Below are positions 30,633 to 39,127 of a stretch of DNA of 64,000 nucleotides, piece after piece; the first letter of the stretch is position 1, and the number at the start of each line of letters is the position of its first letter. The translations under genes and the position numbers were made by a program. The notes under the pieces are model-generated. The model saw nothing but the letters and a program-made list of their open reading frames with translations, searched no databases and was not told the DNA's origin. Location of the stretch: positions 1,051 to 65,050 of the forward strand of contig JAGXBE010000001.1 in assembly GCA_018971265.1 (NCBI GenBank), read 5' to 3'. This DNA comes from Patescibacteria group bacterium (lineage in GTDB: Bacteria > Patescibacteriota > Minisyncoccia > Phycocordibacterales > Phycocordibacteraceae).

Positions 30633-31715
30633 ATGACTAAGGTTCTCAAGGTCAAAAAGAGCGGAAAAAAAACATCCCAAAGGCGATCCGCTTCCTTTTC
30701 TTTTGATAGCGCCCTGCTCGTAAAGCGCCTCCTTGCTGCGGCTCCAGAACGCGCTCGCGAGGTGCTCGCGCGCCGTTTCGGCCTCGGCACAAACCAAAAG
30801 CGCGAGACTCTTGAGGCCATAGGCGCCCGTTCCGGCATTACGCGCGAACGCGTCCGCCAAATAGAGGCGGTTGGCCTCGAGGCGATTCGTCACAGCAAGC
30901 CCTTCAAGGACGCAAATGCCTCGTTTGAGGAGCTTGCACGGTATATAAAAACTCTTGGCGCTATCGTACCCGAAGATGAACTCATGCAGATGCTCGGTGG
31001 CGATGAAAAGGGCCGCAATCGGTTCCGCTTCTTACTTGTGCTCGACTCCGCTTTTTTTCGCGAACGCGAAACGGACGAGTTCCTTGCGCGCTGGCACGTA
31101 GACAGCGCTACAGCCAAGAGCATTCACAGCGCGCTCTCGAAACTTTACAGCTCTCTCAAGGATAATGACGTGGTCTCAGAGGGCGAGCTTCTCAGCCGTT
31201 TTCTCGATGAACTCAAGGACGTCAACGAGGCATATAAAAATGAAGAAGTTTTGAAGCGATGGCTTTCGCTCTCAAAGCACATCGGAAGTAATCCGCTCTC
31301 CGAGTGGGGTCGAGTGAGCGCACCCGCCATACGCGTCAAGGGCGTCAGAGACTATGCCTATTTGGCTATCAAGCGTCATGGCTCTCCGATGCATTTTTCC
31401 GCGGTTGCCAAAGCAATCGGGACGCTTTTTTCAAAGAAGGCGCACATCGCAACTACGCATAACGAGCTCATTAAAGATCCCCGGTTCGTACTGGTCGGCC
31501 GCGGACTCTATGCTCTTACCGAGTGGGGCTACACGCCGGGCGTGGTACGCGACGTGATTCGCGAAACGCTTCTCGAAAAGGGTCCGATGAAAAAGGAAGA
31601 AATCATCCAGCACGTAAAACGAGCGCGCTTCGTCAAAGACAACACCATTCTCGTCAATCTCAACGACTCGCGATACTTTAAGCGGATGAAAGACGGCCGT
31701 TATACTGCCGTCTAA
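30633..31715 (+). CDS. Sigma-70 region-4-like HTH protein with C-terminal winged-HTH (HARE-HTH-like) domains
   Basis: RRFGL..ETLEAIGARSGITRERVRQIE (sigma 4.2); PMHF..THNELIKDPRFVLVGRGLYAL. No sigma region 2. Confidence 0.8.
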   Translation: MTKVLKVKKSGKKTSQRRSASFSFDSALLVKRLLAAAPERAREVLARRFGLGTNQKRETLEAIGARSGITRERVRQIEAVGLEAIRHSKPFKDANASFEELARYIKTLGAIVPEDELMQMLGGDEKGRNRFRFLLVLDSAFFRERETDEFLARWHVDSATAKSIHSALSKLYSSLKDNDVVSEGELLSRFLDELKDVNEAYKNEEVLKRWLSLSKHIGSNPLSEWGRVSAPAIRVKGVRDYAYLAIKRHGSPMHFSAVAKAIGTLFSKKAHIATTHNELIKDPRFVLVGRGLYALTEWGYTPGVVRDVIRETLLEKGPMKKEEIIQHVKRARFVKDNTILVNLNDSRYFKRMKDGRYTAV

Positions 31716-31831
31716 TCGCCGTGCCCGTAGCGCTTCTCCATCTCTAGAATTAAGCGGACTGTGAGCAAGCGGTCTGTGTCTCCACACTCCTCCGAGGGCG
31801 GTTTGTTGCTATACTTTAGTTACCATAGAGT

Positions 31832-33166
31832 ATGGCGATGAAAAAACTCAAGGAGAAGTTCGGTATCCGTATTATGCCCTGGCCAGTTTTCATGCTCGGC
31901 CTCATGATTCTGTTAACTTCGTTCGTGTTCATGCCCGGCGTCGTCTCGCTCGCTCTCTCATTGGCTCTCTTTCTCGCCCCCGTGTGGCTGCCGTTTCTCC
32001 TTGTCAGTGGTGCGTGGACGCTCTGGATCATTTTCCGGCGTTCGGAATTCATCGCGGAGCAAAATTACATGCTTCTTGAAATTAAACCGCCGCGCGGTCT
32101 TGAAAAGACCCCGCTCGCAATGGAGGCATTTTTCTCCGGCATACACCTCTCCCCGGGTGAAGCCACGTGGTATAAAAAATATATTAAAGGGGCGGTACGT
32201 CCGTGGTGGTCGCTTGAAATAGCTTCTCTGGAAGGAGAGGTGCATTTCTTCATATGGACGCGCGCAGCTTTTCGCAGAATTGTCGAGGCACAGATGTATG
32301 CGCAGTACCCGGGCGTGCAGATAGTCGAGGCCCTCGACTATACGCGTCTCATCACCGCGACATCAAAAGATTGGAGTATTTGGGGTTGCGATTTCGCGCA
32401 TACGGCCGAGGATCCCATTCCCATCAAAACATACATCGAATACGGTCTTGATAAAGTGCAGAAGGAACCGGAACAAGTCGATCCGCTTGCGAACCTTGTT
32501 GAATTTATGGGCTCGATAGGGAAGGGCGAATATCTCTGGCTCCAGCTCATCATCCGCGTCCACAAGGGTGAGAAATACAATAAGTTGAATGCGAGTGGCA
32601 AGGTATATACCTGGAAGGACGAGGCGAGAGATTTGGTACAAAGGCTTCGCGCGGAGACGGTCGGGAAAGTAAAATATAAAGATATATTTACCGGCGAGAC
32701 GCGCGAAACCGACGGATTTCCGAACCCGACAAAAGGTCAGTCGGAGAAAATGGCCGCCATTGAACGCAACGTTTCGAAGCTTGGTTTTGACGTGGGCGCG
32801 CGGGGCGTGTACCTGGCGCGACCGGAAAAGTTCGATCCGATAATGATTTCCGGTTTGACGGGCATCTTCAAGCAGTTTTCTTCGGAAGGATGGAATGGAT
32901 TCAGACCGAGCGGGTGGATGACCGAGTTCGACGACTATCCTTGGGAGTTCGGCGTGAGCAAGCTGAAAGATAAATATAGGACTTGGCTTATCGACGCATA
33001 TCGCCGCCGCCAATTTTTTCACGACCCCTTCAAAAAGGATGCCATGGTGATGAGTACCGAGGAGCTCGCGACCATTTTTCATATTCCTTCACGCGCAATC
33101 GGTACACCGTCTCTCGCGCGCATTCAGTCAGCTACGAGCGAGGCGCCCGCGAATCTTCCGGTCTGA
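31832..33166 (+). CDS. Membrane protein paralogous to the N-terminal domain of the ATPase at 490
   Basis: N-terminal TM helices; shared motifs LLEI, AMEAFF, SLEIAS, PIKTY, DPL, LQLII, EELATIFHIP. Confidence 0.75.
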   Translation: MAMKKLKEKFGIRIMPWPVFMLGLMILLTSFVFMPGVVSLALSLALFLAPVWLPFLLVSGAWTLWIIFRRSEFIAEQNYMLLEIKPPRGLEKTPLAMEAFFSGIHLSPGEATWYKKYIKGAVRPWWSLEIASLEGEVHFFIWTRAAFRRIVEAQMYAQYPGVQIVEALDYTRLITATSKDWSIWGCDFAHTAEDPIPIKTYIEYGLDKVQKEPEQVDPLANLVEFMGSIGKGEYLWLQLIIRVHKGEKYNKLNASGKVYTWKDEARDLVQRLRAETVGKVKYKDIFTGETRETDGFPNPTKGQSEKMAAIERNVSKLGFDVGARGVYLARPEKFDPIMISGLTGIFKQFSSEGWNGFRPSGWMTEFDDYPWEFGVSKLKDKYRTWLIDAYRRRQFFHDPFKKDAMVMSTEELATIFHIPSRAIGTPSLARIQSATSEAPANLPV

Positions 33167-33167
33167 T

Positions 33168-34175
33168 ATGGGTTTCCTCGAACGCCTTTCCTTGGCGACT
33201 TTCTCCGCGCTCCAGTTCCACTTCTTGCGCTTTTTCCGACAGTGGGTGGCAGTGCTCGCGTCCATTATTCTCTTTTTCGGAGCAGGGTATTTCCTCCTTG
33301 CGCCCCCGCAATTTACCGGGATAAAGACAATCGTCATTGCGCAAGGTGCATCACTCCGCACCGTTGCCGGAGAACTTGCGGATGCGCACGTCATTTCGTA
33401 CCCGCTGGTCTTACGACTCTTGCTGCAAGGAAGCGGCGAAGACAGTCACATACAAGCCGGAGCGTATCGCTTTGACGCACCTGAGAATCTCCTCCTCGTC
33501 ATGCACACAATCATTACTGCGGGGTACAGCATCCCCCCGGTTCGCATTACGTTTCCTGAGGGAGCTACCGTGCGGGATATGGCAGCACGAATTGCCGAAG
33601 CACTACCGAGTATATCCGCAACGGACTTTCTTGCGTCGGGGCAGCCATACGAGGGCTACCTTTTCCCCGACACCTATCACTTCTCCTCCTCTGCAGATGT
33701 TTCGTCGATACTAAGGGCGATGCGCGCGAATTTTACCGCGAAGACGACACCGCTCACGGGTGAGATAACCGCCTCCGGCCACTCGCTTTCCGACGCCGTC
33801 ATCATGGCGTCCTTGCTCGAGAAAGAGGCGCGCACGAGTGTGGTCAGACGCATGATCTCGGGCATTCTCTGGAATCGCCTGCAGCGCGGCATGCCGCTCC
33901 AGGTGGACGCGGTTTTCGGCTATATTTATGGCCGCGACACCTACGCGCCTTCTCTTACGGACCTGCGTGTTAACTCGCCCTACAATACCTATACCCACAA
34001 GGGCCTTCCGCCCGGCCCCATCGATAATCCCGGTCTCGACTCGCTTGAAGCAGCGATACATCCGACCCCGACGAAATATCTTTATTATCTCACTGACAAG
34101 GAGGGCGTCATGCACTATGCGACGACCTACGCCGCTCACGAAGCCAACCGTAGAAAATATTTGCAGCCATATTAG
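33168..34175 (+). CDS. mltG: Endolytic transglycosylase MltG
   Basis: ITFPEG, EGYLFPDTY, ASLLEKE, NRL..GMPLQVD, SPYNTY..GLPPGPIDNPG. Confidence 0.95.
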   Translation: MGFLERLSLATFSALQFHFLRFFRQWVAVLASIILFFGAGYFLLAPPQFTGIKTIVIAQGASLRTVAGELADAHVISYPLVLRLLLQGSGEDSHIQAGAYRFDAPENLLLVMHTIITAGYSIPPVRITFPEGATVRDMAARIAEALPSISATDFLASGQPYEGYLFPDTYHFSSSADVSSILRAMRANFTAKTTPLTGEITASGHSLSDAVIMASLLEKEARTSVVRRMISGILWNRLQRGMPLQVDAVFGYIYGRDTYAPSLTDLRVNSPYNTYTHKGLPPGPIDNPGLDSLEAAIHPTPTKYLYYLTDKEGVMHYATTYAAHEANRRKYLQPY

Positions 34176-34184
34176 AATGTGCCG

Positions 34185-35306
34185 ATGAATGTACGCGGAA
34201 AGAAAATATATGTAGGGCTCTCGGGCGGTGTCGATTCCGCAGTATCGGCCGCGCTTTTGAAGCGGGCAGGCGCTCTCGTCACCGGAGTGTTCATTAAGGG
34301 ATGGTATCCGCCCGGAATGCCGTGCACATGGGCAGCCGACCGGCGAGATGCGATGCGCGTGGCGGCGCGGCTCCATATACCGTTCCACACGCTCGACGCA
34401 AGCGCCGAGTACAAAAAAAGCGTCATCGACTATTTGCTTGCAGAGTACCGGGCGGGACGAACACCGAACCCCGACGTCATGTGCAATAAAGAAATAAAGT
34501 TCGGGGTTTTTTATCGGTACGCGCTCCGCGCCGGCGCCGAGTATATCGCGACGGGGCATTACGCACAGACGGCGAATTCAGAGTTGGCTGCGAAAAAGTC
34601 CTCGGATCTCTTCGCCCCCGGCTCGGCCAGACTTCTTTCTCTTCCTCGCCAACATCTGAATTCACCGCTCATGCGGGGAATCGATACAGAAAAAGATCAA
34701 AGTTATTTTCTTTGGGCAGTCCCTCGGGTTGTTCTTGCACGGACGCTCTTTCCCGTAGGGAATATGGAAAAGAGCAGGGTTCGCTCGCTCGCCAGGAAGT
34801 TTGGCATCCCGGTCGCCCAAAAAAAGGATAGTCAAGGAGTCTGCTTTATAGGCGACGTCTCGGTTGACGAATTCTTGCGAAGCGAGTTCGGCGAAGCACC
34901 CGGGCGGGCATATGACGAAAAAGGACGGCTTGTAGGCCAGCATGACAGCGCGCTTCTCTACACTATAGGCGAACGCGTTGCCTTACGAGGGGCGAGTGGA
35001 GGAGGTGGTCCTTGGTTCGTTTACAAAAAAGACATCGCGAAAAATGAGCTTTCAGTGCGGAAAACGCGCCTCCTGAATCCCGCCGGTGCTTTTCTAGAGA
35101 TTTCGTTTACCGACAGCAACTGGCTTCACGAACCCGTTGGAGTTTTAAAAGCCCAGTGCCGCTATCGAGGGGAGCGCATCTCTGGACGTGTCGAAAAAGG
35201 ACGTTTTATTAGCGCCGCGCCGTTTCTCGAGCAACCCGTTCCCGGCCAGTCAATCGTTTTTTACCGAAATGACGAACTCATTGGCGGTGGTATTATCTCT
35301 GCATGA
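34185..35306 (+). CDS. mnmA: tRNA 2-thiouridine(34) synthase
   Basis: SGGVDS, GRTPNPDVMCNKEIKF, ATGHY, KDQSYFL, KKDSQGVCF, PGQ. Confidence 0.96.
   Translation: MNVRGKKIYVGLSGGVDSAVSAALLKRAGALVTGVFIKGWYPPGMPCTWAADRRDAMRVAARLHIPFHTLDASAEYKKSVIDYLLAEYRAGRTPNPDVMCNKEIKFGVFYRYALRAGAEYIATGHYAQTANSELAAKKSSDLFAPGSARLLSLPRQHLNSPLMRGIDTEKDQSYFLWAVPRVVLARTLFPVGNMEKSRVRSLARKFGIPVAQKKDSQGVCFIGDVSVDEFLRSEFGEAPGRAYDEKGRLVGQHDSALLYTIGERVALRGASGGGGPWFVYKKDIAKNELSVRKTRLLNPAGAFLEISFTDSNWLHEPVGVLKAQCRYRGERISGRVEKGRFISAAPFLEQPVPGQSIVFYRNDELIGGGIISA
34570..34667. repeat. Palindromic in-frame insertion inside mnmA
   Basis: CGGCGAATTCAGAGTTGGC ... GCCAACATCTGAATTCACCG terminal inverted repeats; inner AAGTC/GACTT. 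Confidence 0.75.
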
Positions 35307-35716
35307 AGCACGTACCCCTGCGCTTTGCCGCAACAATAATCGCACTTATAATTGTTGCCGCCTTTGTTCTTTCAGTCCCGCATACTCAAGATGAGACAAA
35401 AACCCCAAAAAGGAACGACACGCCCCAAAGCATCCCGAAAGTCACGCTGCGAGACGCCTTTAAAAAGAATTTGCACACGATCACCGGCTCGATCGAAGCT
35501 CCTAATGCGTGCGCCGTGGTGAACGCGAGCGCTACGGTTGCCGGCACGGCATCAAGCACGGGAAGCATACTCATAGCGGTTTCCTTGTCGACCGACACGG
35601 GCGTATGCCTCCAATTACCAACGAACATTAGCTTCGAAGCGGCCGTTACCGCACCTGCCAATTTCCCACTTGAAGCGACGGTGAATGGCGTTGCCGCTTC
35701 CACGACCGTTTTATGA
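35303..35716 (+). CDS. Hypothetical membrane-anchored protein with a Cys pair
   Basis: N-terminal TM; APNAC ... GVCLQ; overlapping start/stop codons with neighbours. Confidence 0.7.
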   Translation: MKHVPLRFAATIIALIIVAAFVLSVPHTQDETKTPKRNDTPQSIPKVTLRDAFKKNLHTITGSIEAPNACAVVNASATVAGTASSTGSILIAVSLSTDTGVCLQLPTNISFEAAVTAPANFPLEATVNGVAASTTVL

Positions 35717-36582
35717 CATCATTGCCCACGATTACCAAGGCCGACGGATCGAGCGAAACCTTCGACCCATCACGCCTACGCGCGTCACTCGAGCGTTCCG
35801 GCGCGGGCGCATATACGGCGGAGCGCATTGCTGAAGCAGTCACAAGCACCGTTACCCCGGGTGCCGCGTCAAGAGAAATTTATTCTCGCGCTTTTGCACT
35901 CTTGCGTAAAGAGGGGCGTCCGATTGCCGCCCGTTACGCACTGCGACGCGCGCTCCTCGAACTCGGCCCCTCTGGGCACCCTTTCGAGGATCTTATATCT
36001 CATTTGTTTCGCGCGGAAGGATGGCAGGTCGAAACACGCAAAATAATCCAAGGGAAGTGCGTGCAGCACGAAACCGATTTTTACGCTTCGCACCCCGAAC
36101 GCGGAGAGTATCTCGCCGCCGAGCTCAAGTACCACAACGATCCCGGCTATAAGACAGATTTAAAGATCGCGCTATACGTGAAAAGCCGTTTTGACGATAT
36201 TTTTGCTTGCGATCCTGCAGTCCGCGCATGTCCAATCGATCGCGGTCTCCTGGTTACGAATACCAAATTCACCTCCGAGGCGATCTCGTATGCTCAGTGC
36301 TCAGGCGTTGAACTTTTGGGTTGGGGTTATCCGGCAAATGACAATCTCTTTATGCGGATGAGCCGCGCAAAAGTGTATCCGATTACGACGCTTACCGGCA
36401 TTACGCGTTCTGAAAAACGGCTCCTTATCGAACACGGTGTCATCGCTGTCGACGAAATAATGAAAAATCGCCGTATACTGGATATACTTCATCTTCCAAG
36501 CGAAAGAATCGGCCGGCTTCTCGCCGAGGCGGATGGACTTCTCGCGTTTTCCCACTCGTCTCATGCTACTGTTTTCTCATGA
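35713..36582 (+). CDS. ATP-cone domain fused to an Mrr-like PD-(D/E)XK endonuclease domain
   Basis: ITKADGSSETFDPSRLRASL (ATP-cone); LGPSGHPFE, HETD..AELKYH, LVTNTKFT. Confidence 0.8.
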   Translation: MTSLPTITKADGSSETFDPSRLRASLERSGAGAYTAERIAEAVTSTVTPGAASREIYSRAFALLRKEGRPIAARYALRRALLELGPSGHPFEDLISHLFRAEGWQVETRKIIQGKCVQHETDFYASHPERGEYLAAELKYHNDPGYKTDLKIALYVKSRFDDIFACDPAVRACPIDRGLLVTNTKFTSEAISYAQCSGVELLGWGYPANDNLFMRMSRAKVYPITTLTGITRSEKRLLIEHGVIAVDEIMKNRRILDILHLPSERIGRLLAEADGLLAFSHSSHATVFS

Positions 36583-37055
36583 CCCATCGCTTCTCAACGG
36601 TATCTTTTGCTGGCGGAATTGCTTTCGGCATCATGCTCGCGAGCGCGTGGTTTCTGACCGGCGGACTCGTACCTTTGCAGGTATCCTACTTCCCGTCTCT
36701 TGCAACAAGCACTCCACCCGCGTCCGCCCAAAGTGGAGCTATTTCCGTTATTGACCAACATTCGGGCAACACGGTAATCGTCGAGTCGGTCACCGTACCG
36801 CCGCCGGGTGTCTGGGTTGCCGTCCGCGAAATGAGCGGGAACAATCTTGGAAATGTTCTCGGGGCAGTTCGAGCAGGCGGTCCGCGCACCAACATCTCCG
36901 TACCTCTCTTGCGTGCGACGGAGCCGAATCGTACCTATGCGGTTGAGCTCTATAGGGACGACAGCAACGGCCCCTTCGACCTTGCCGCTGACAGTGTGTA
37001 TGTTGACTTTGATACTGGGAGACGGGTAGTCGCGTATTTTACGACAACCGAATAA
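36579..37055 (+). CDS. Hypothetical membrane-anchored beta-rich protein
   Basis: N-terminal TM; DQHSGNTV, WVAVRE, GNVLGA, LYRDDSNGPFD. Confidence 0.7.
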   Translation: MTHRFSTVSFAGGIAFGIMLASAWFLTGGLVPLQVSYFPSLATSTPPASAQSGAISVIDQHSGNTVIVESVTVPPPGVWVAVREMSGNNLGNVLGAVRAGGPRTNISVPLLRATEPNRTYAVELYRDDSNGPFDLAADSVYVDFDTGRRVVAYFTTTE

Positions 37056-37056
37056 C

Positions 37057-37854
37057 ATGGCCCCGAAAGAATACAAACCGAAAGCAGGCTACGGACCATT
37101 TGATCCAGCGGGGACCGAACCGTTCAGGGTGAGTCGTTCGAAAATCGACCTTTTTACCGAATGTCCGCGTTGCGCCTACCTGGACCTGCGGCTCGGCGTT
37201 AAACGACCCTCGGGCCCCTCCTTCACGCTCAATAATGCCGTTGATGAGCTCCTGAAACGCGAGTTCGATATCCATCGCGCGAAAGGCACTCAACATCCTT
37301 TGTTGAAACTCTACGGTGTCGATGCGATTCCGCTTGCAGACGAACGTCTCGAGGAGTGGCGCGACGCGCTGCGCCGAGGCATCAGCTATTTACACGTGTC
37401 GACAAACCTTTTCATACGAGGCGGTATTGATGATGTGTGGATCAATCCCGCAGGAGAGCTCATCATCGTTGACTACAAAGCCACCAGCAAAAAAGAAGGG
37501 CCGAGCAAAGAGGAGGACTTGTACGCTTCGTACAAGCGGCAGATGGAAATCTATCAGTGGCTCTTTCGCAAGAACGGGTTTTCGGTATCGCCAGCCGGTT
37601 ATTTTGTCTATGTCAACGGGCGTGCCGACGCCAAAGCGTTCGACGGTAAGCTTGAGTTTGATATAGTGCTCATCCCATATGCGGGCGACGACGCCTGGAT
37701 CGAACCGGCTCTTGTAAAAATGAAAGAAATGCTCGTGAGCGAGGAAATTCCTGGAATCGGCACTTCGTTTAGCGGCGGGCCCTGCGAGTACTGTACCTAC
37801 CGCGAAGCCGCCGGCAAGAAACTGCTCGCGCTCCATCAGAAGGGGAAGAAATAA
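37057..37854 (+). CDS. PD-(D/E)XK nuclease, RecB/Cas4-like with Cys cluster
   Basis: SRSKID..ECPRC, GGIDD..IIVDYK, RQMEIY, CEYC. Confidence 0.85.
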   Translation: MAPKEYKPKAGYGPFDPAGTEPFRVSRSKIDLFTECPRCAYLDLRLGVKRPSGPSFTLNNAVDELLKREFDIHRAKGTQHPLLKLYGVDAIPLADERLEEWRDALRRGISYLHVSTNLFIRGGIDDVWINPAGELIIVDYKATSKKEGPSKEEDLYASYKRQMEIYQWLFRKNGFSVSPAGYFVYVNGRADAKAFDGKLEFDIVLIPYAGDDAWIEPALVKMKEMLVSEEIPGIGTSFSGGPCEYCTYREAAGKKLLALHQKGKK

Positions 37855-38522
37855 TGGAAGTGAAAATTGATTCGTCGTGGAAGAAACATCTTGCGAACGA
37901 ATTCGCGCAGCCGTACTTTGCGGAACTGGCCGCGTTTGTGAAGAAGGAATATGAAGACGAGGCCGTCTATCCGCAGCCGAAAAATATCTTCCGCGCATTC
38001 GACCTTTGTCCGTTTGGAAAAGTGAAGGTGGTTATCTTGGGACAGGATCCGTATCACGGAAAAGGGCAGGCAAACGGACTCGCTTTCGCCGTTGATGAGG
38101 TACAGACGATACCGCCTTCGCTCCAGAACATCTTTAAAGAAATAGAGAGCGATTTCGGAAAGCCGCTCATGCACCGCGACGGCGATCTCACCCGATGGGC
38201 CGTCCAGGGAGTTCTCTTGCTGAACGCGACCCTCACCGTGCGCGCGCATCAGGCCGGCTCGCACCAAGGACGGGGCTGGGAAGAGTTGACCGACGCCGCC
38301 GTGCGCGCGCTCTCGGAGGAGCGTGAGCATTTGATCTTCATGCTCTGGGGCAACTACGCCAGAGCGAAAGGAGCGCATATCGATAGAAATAGGCACCTCG
38401 TCCTTGAGGCACCGCACCCGTCGCCCTTCTCCGCCGCGAGCGGCTTTTTCGGCTCTCGGCATTTCAGTCGCGCGAATGAATACCTCATCGCTCACGGGGA
38501 AACCCCGATCGACTGGCTCTAG
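37854..38522 (+). CDS. ung: Uracil-DNA glycosylase (family 1)
   Basis: VVILGQDPYH, PPSLQNI, GVLLLN, HPSP. Confidence 0.97.
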   Translation: MEVKIDSSWKKHLANEFAQPYFAELAAFVKKEYEDEAVYPQPKNIFRAFDLCPFGKVKVVILGQDPYHGKGQANGLAFAVDEVQTIPPSLQNIFKEIESDFGKPLMHRDGDLTRWAVQGVLLLNATLTVRAHQAGSHQGRGWEELTDAAVRALSEEREHLIFMLWGNYARAKGAHIDRNRHLVLEAPHPSPFSAASGFFGSRHFSRANEYLIAHGETPIDWL

Positions 38523-38543
38523 ATCTTGCGTATACTCAACCTC

Positions 38544-39122
38544 ATGAACCACACGCCACAAATAAAAAAAGCGATCCAGTTCGCCGCACGGAAGCACCAT
38601 GGCCAGATGCGTCTTGAGACGGAACCGTTGCCGTATGTGACGCATCTTTTTTCGACGGCGCTTCTCGTTGCCGAAGACGGCGCAGGGGACGACGTTATCA
38701 CGGCGGCGCTTTTGCACGATACGCTCGAAGATACCGGCACCACGCGCGAGGAACTCATGGACGCGTTCAGCGAACGCGTCGCGGAACTTGTCGAATCGGT
38801 GAGTGAGGTCAAAGAGAAAGACGGAAAAAAACTCAATTGGAAAGAACGCAAGGTAGACTATCTCATGCGCCTTGAGGATGCGGACAGCGATGCAGTACTC
38901 ATCGCCATTGCCGACAAAATAGACAATATCGAGAGCAAGCTCGAGGCGCTTGAAAAAGAGGGTGCAGCGCTTCTTGCGCGCTGGAAGCAGCCGGTAGAAG
39001 AGTACTTGTGGTACCACGGCGAGGCGCTCCGCATCGCACAGAAACGACTGCCGGAACATCGGCTCACGAAACGTCTCGCTGAAATACACGCAAAAGAAAA
39101 GAAGATGCTCTCGGGGAGATAA
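38544..39122 (+). CDS. HD-domain protein, small alarmone hydrolase (SpoT-HD/Mesh1-like)
   Basis: AARKHHGQMR..PYVTH, AALLHDTLED, ADKIDN. Confidence 0.85.
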   Translation: MNHTPQIKKAIQFAARKHHGQMRLETEPLPYVTHLFSTALLVAEDGAGDDVITAALLHDTLEDTGTTREELMDAFSERVAELVESVSEVKEKDGKKLNWKERKVDYLMRLEDADSDAVLIAIADKIDNIESKLEALEKEGAALLARWKQPVEEYLWYHGEALRIAQKRLPEHRLTKRLAEIHAKEKKMLSGR

Positions 39123-39127
39123 CCCTA

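Noticed and set aside
37057-37854. CRISPR-Cas locus suggested by the Cas4-like nuclease
   Set aside because: No cas1/cas2 and no repeat-spacer array seen in the window.
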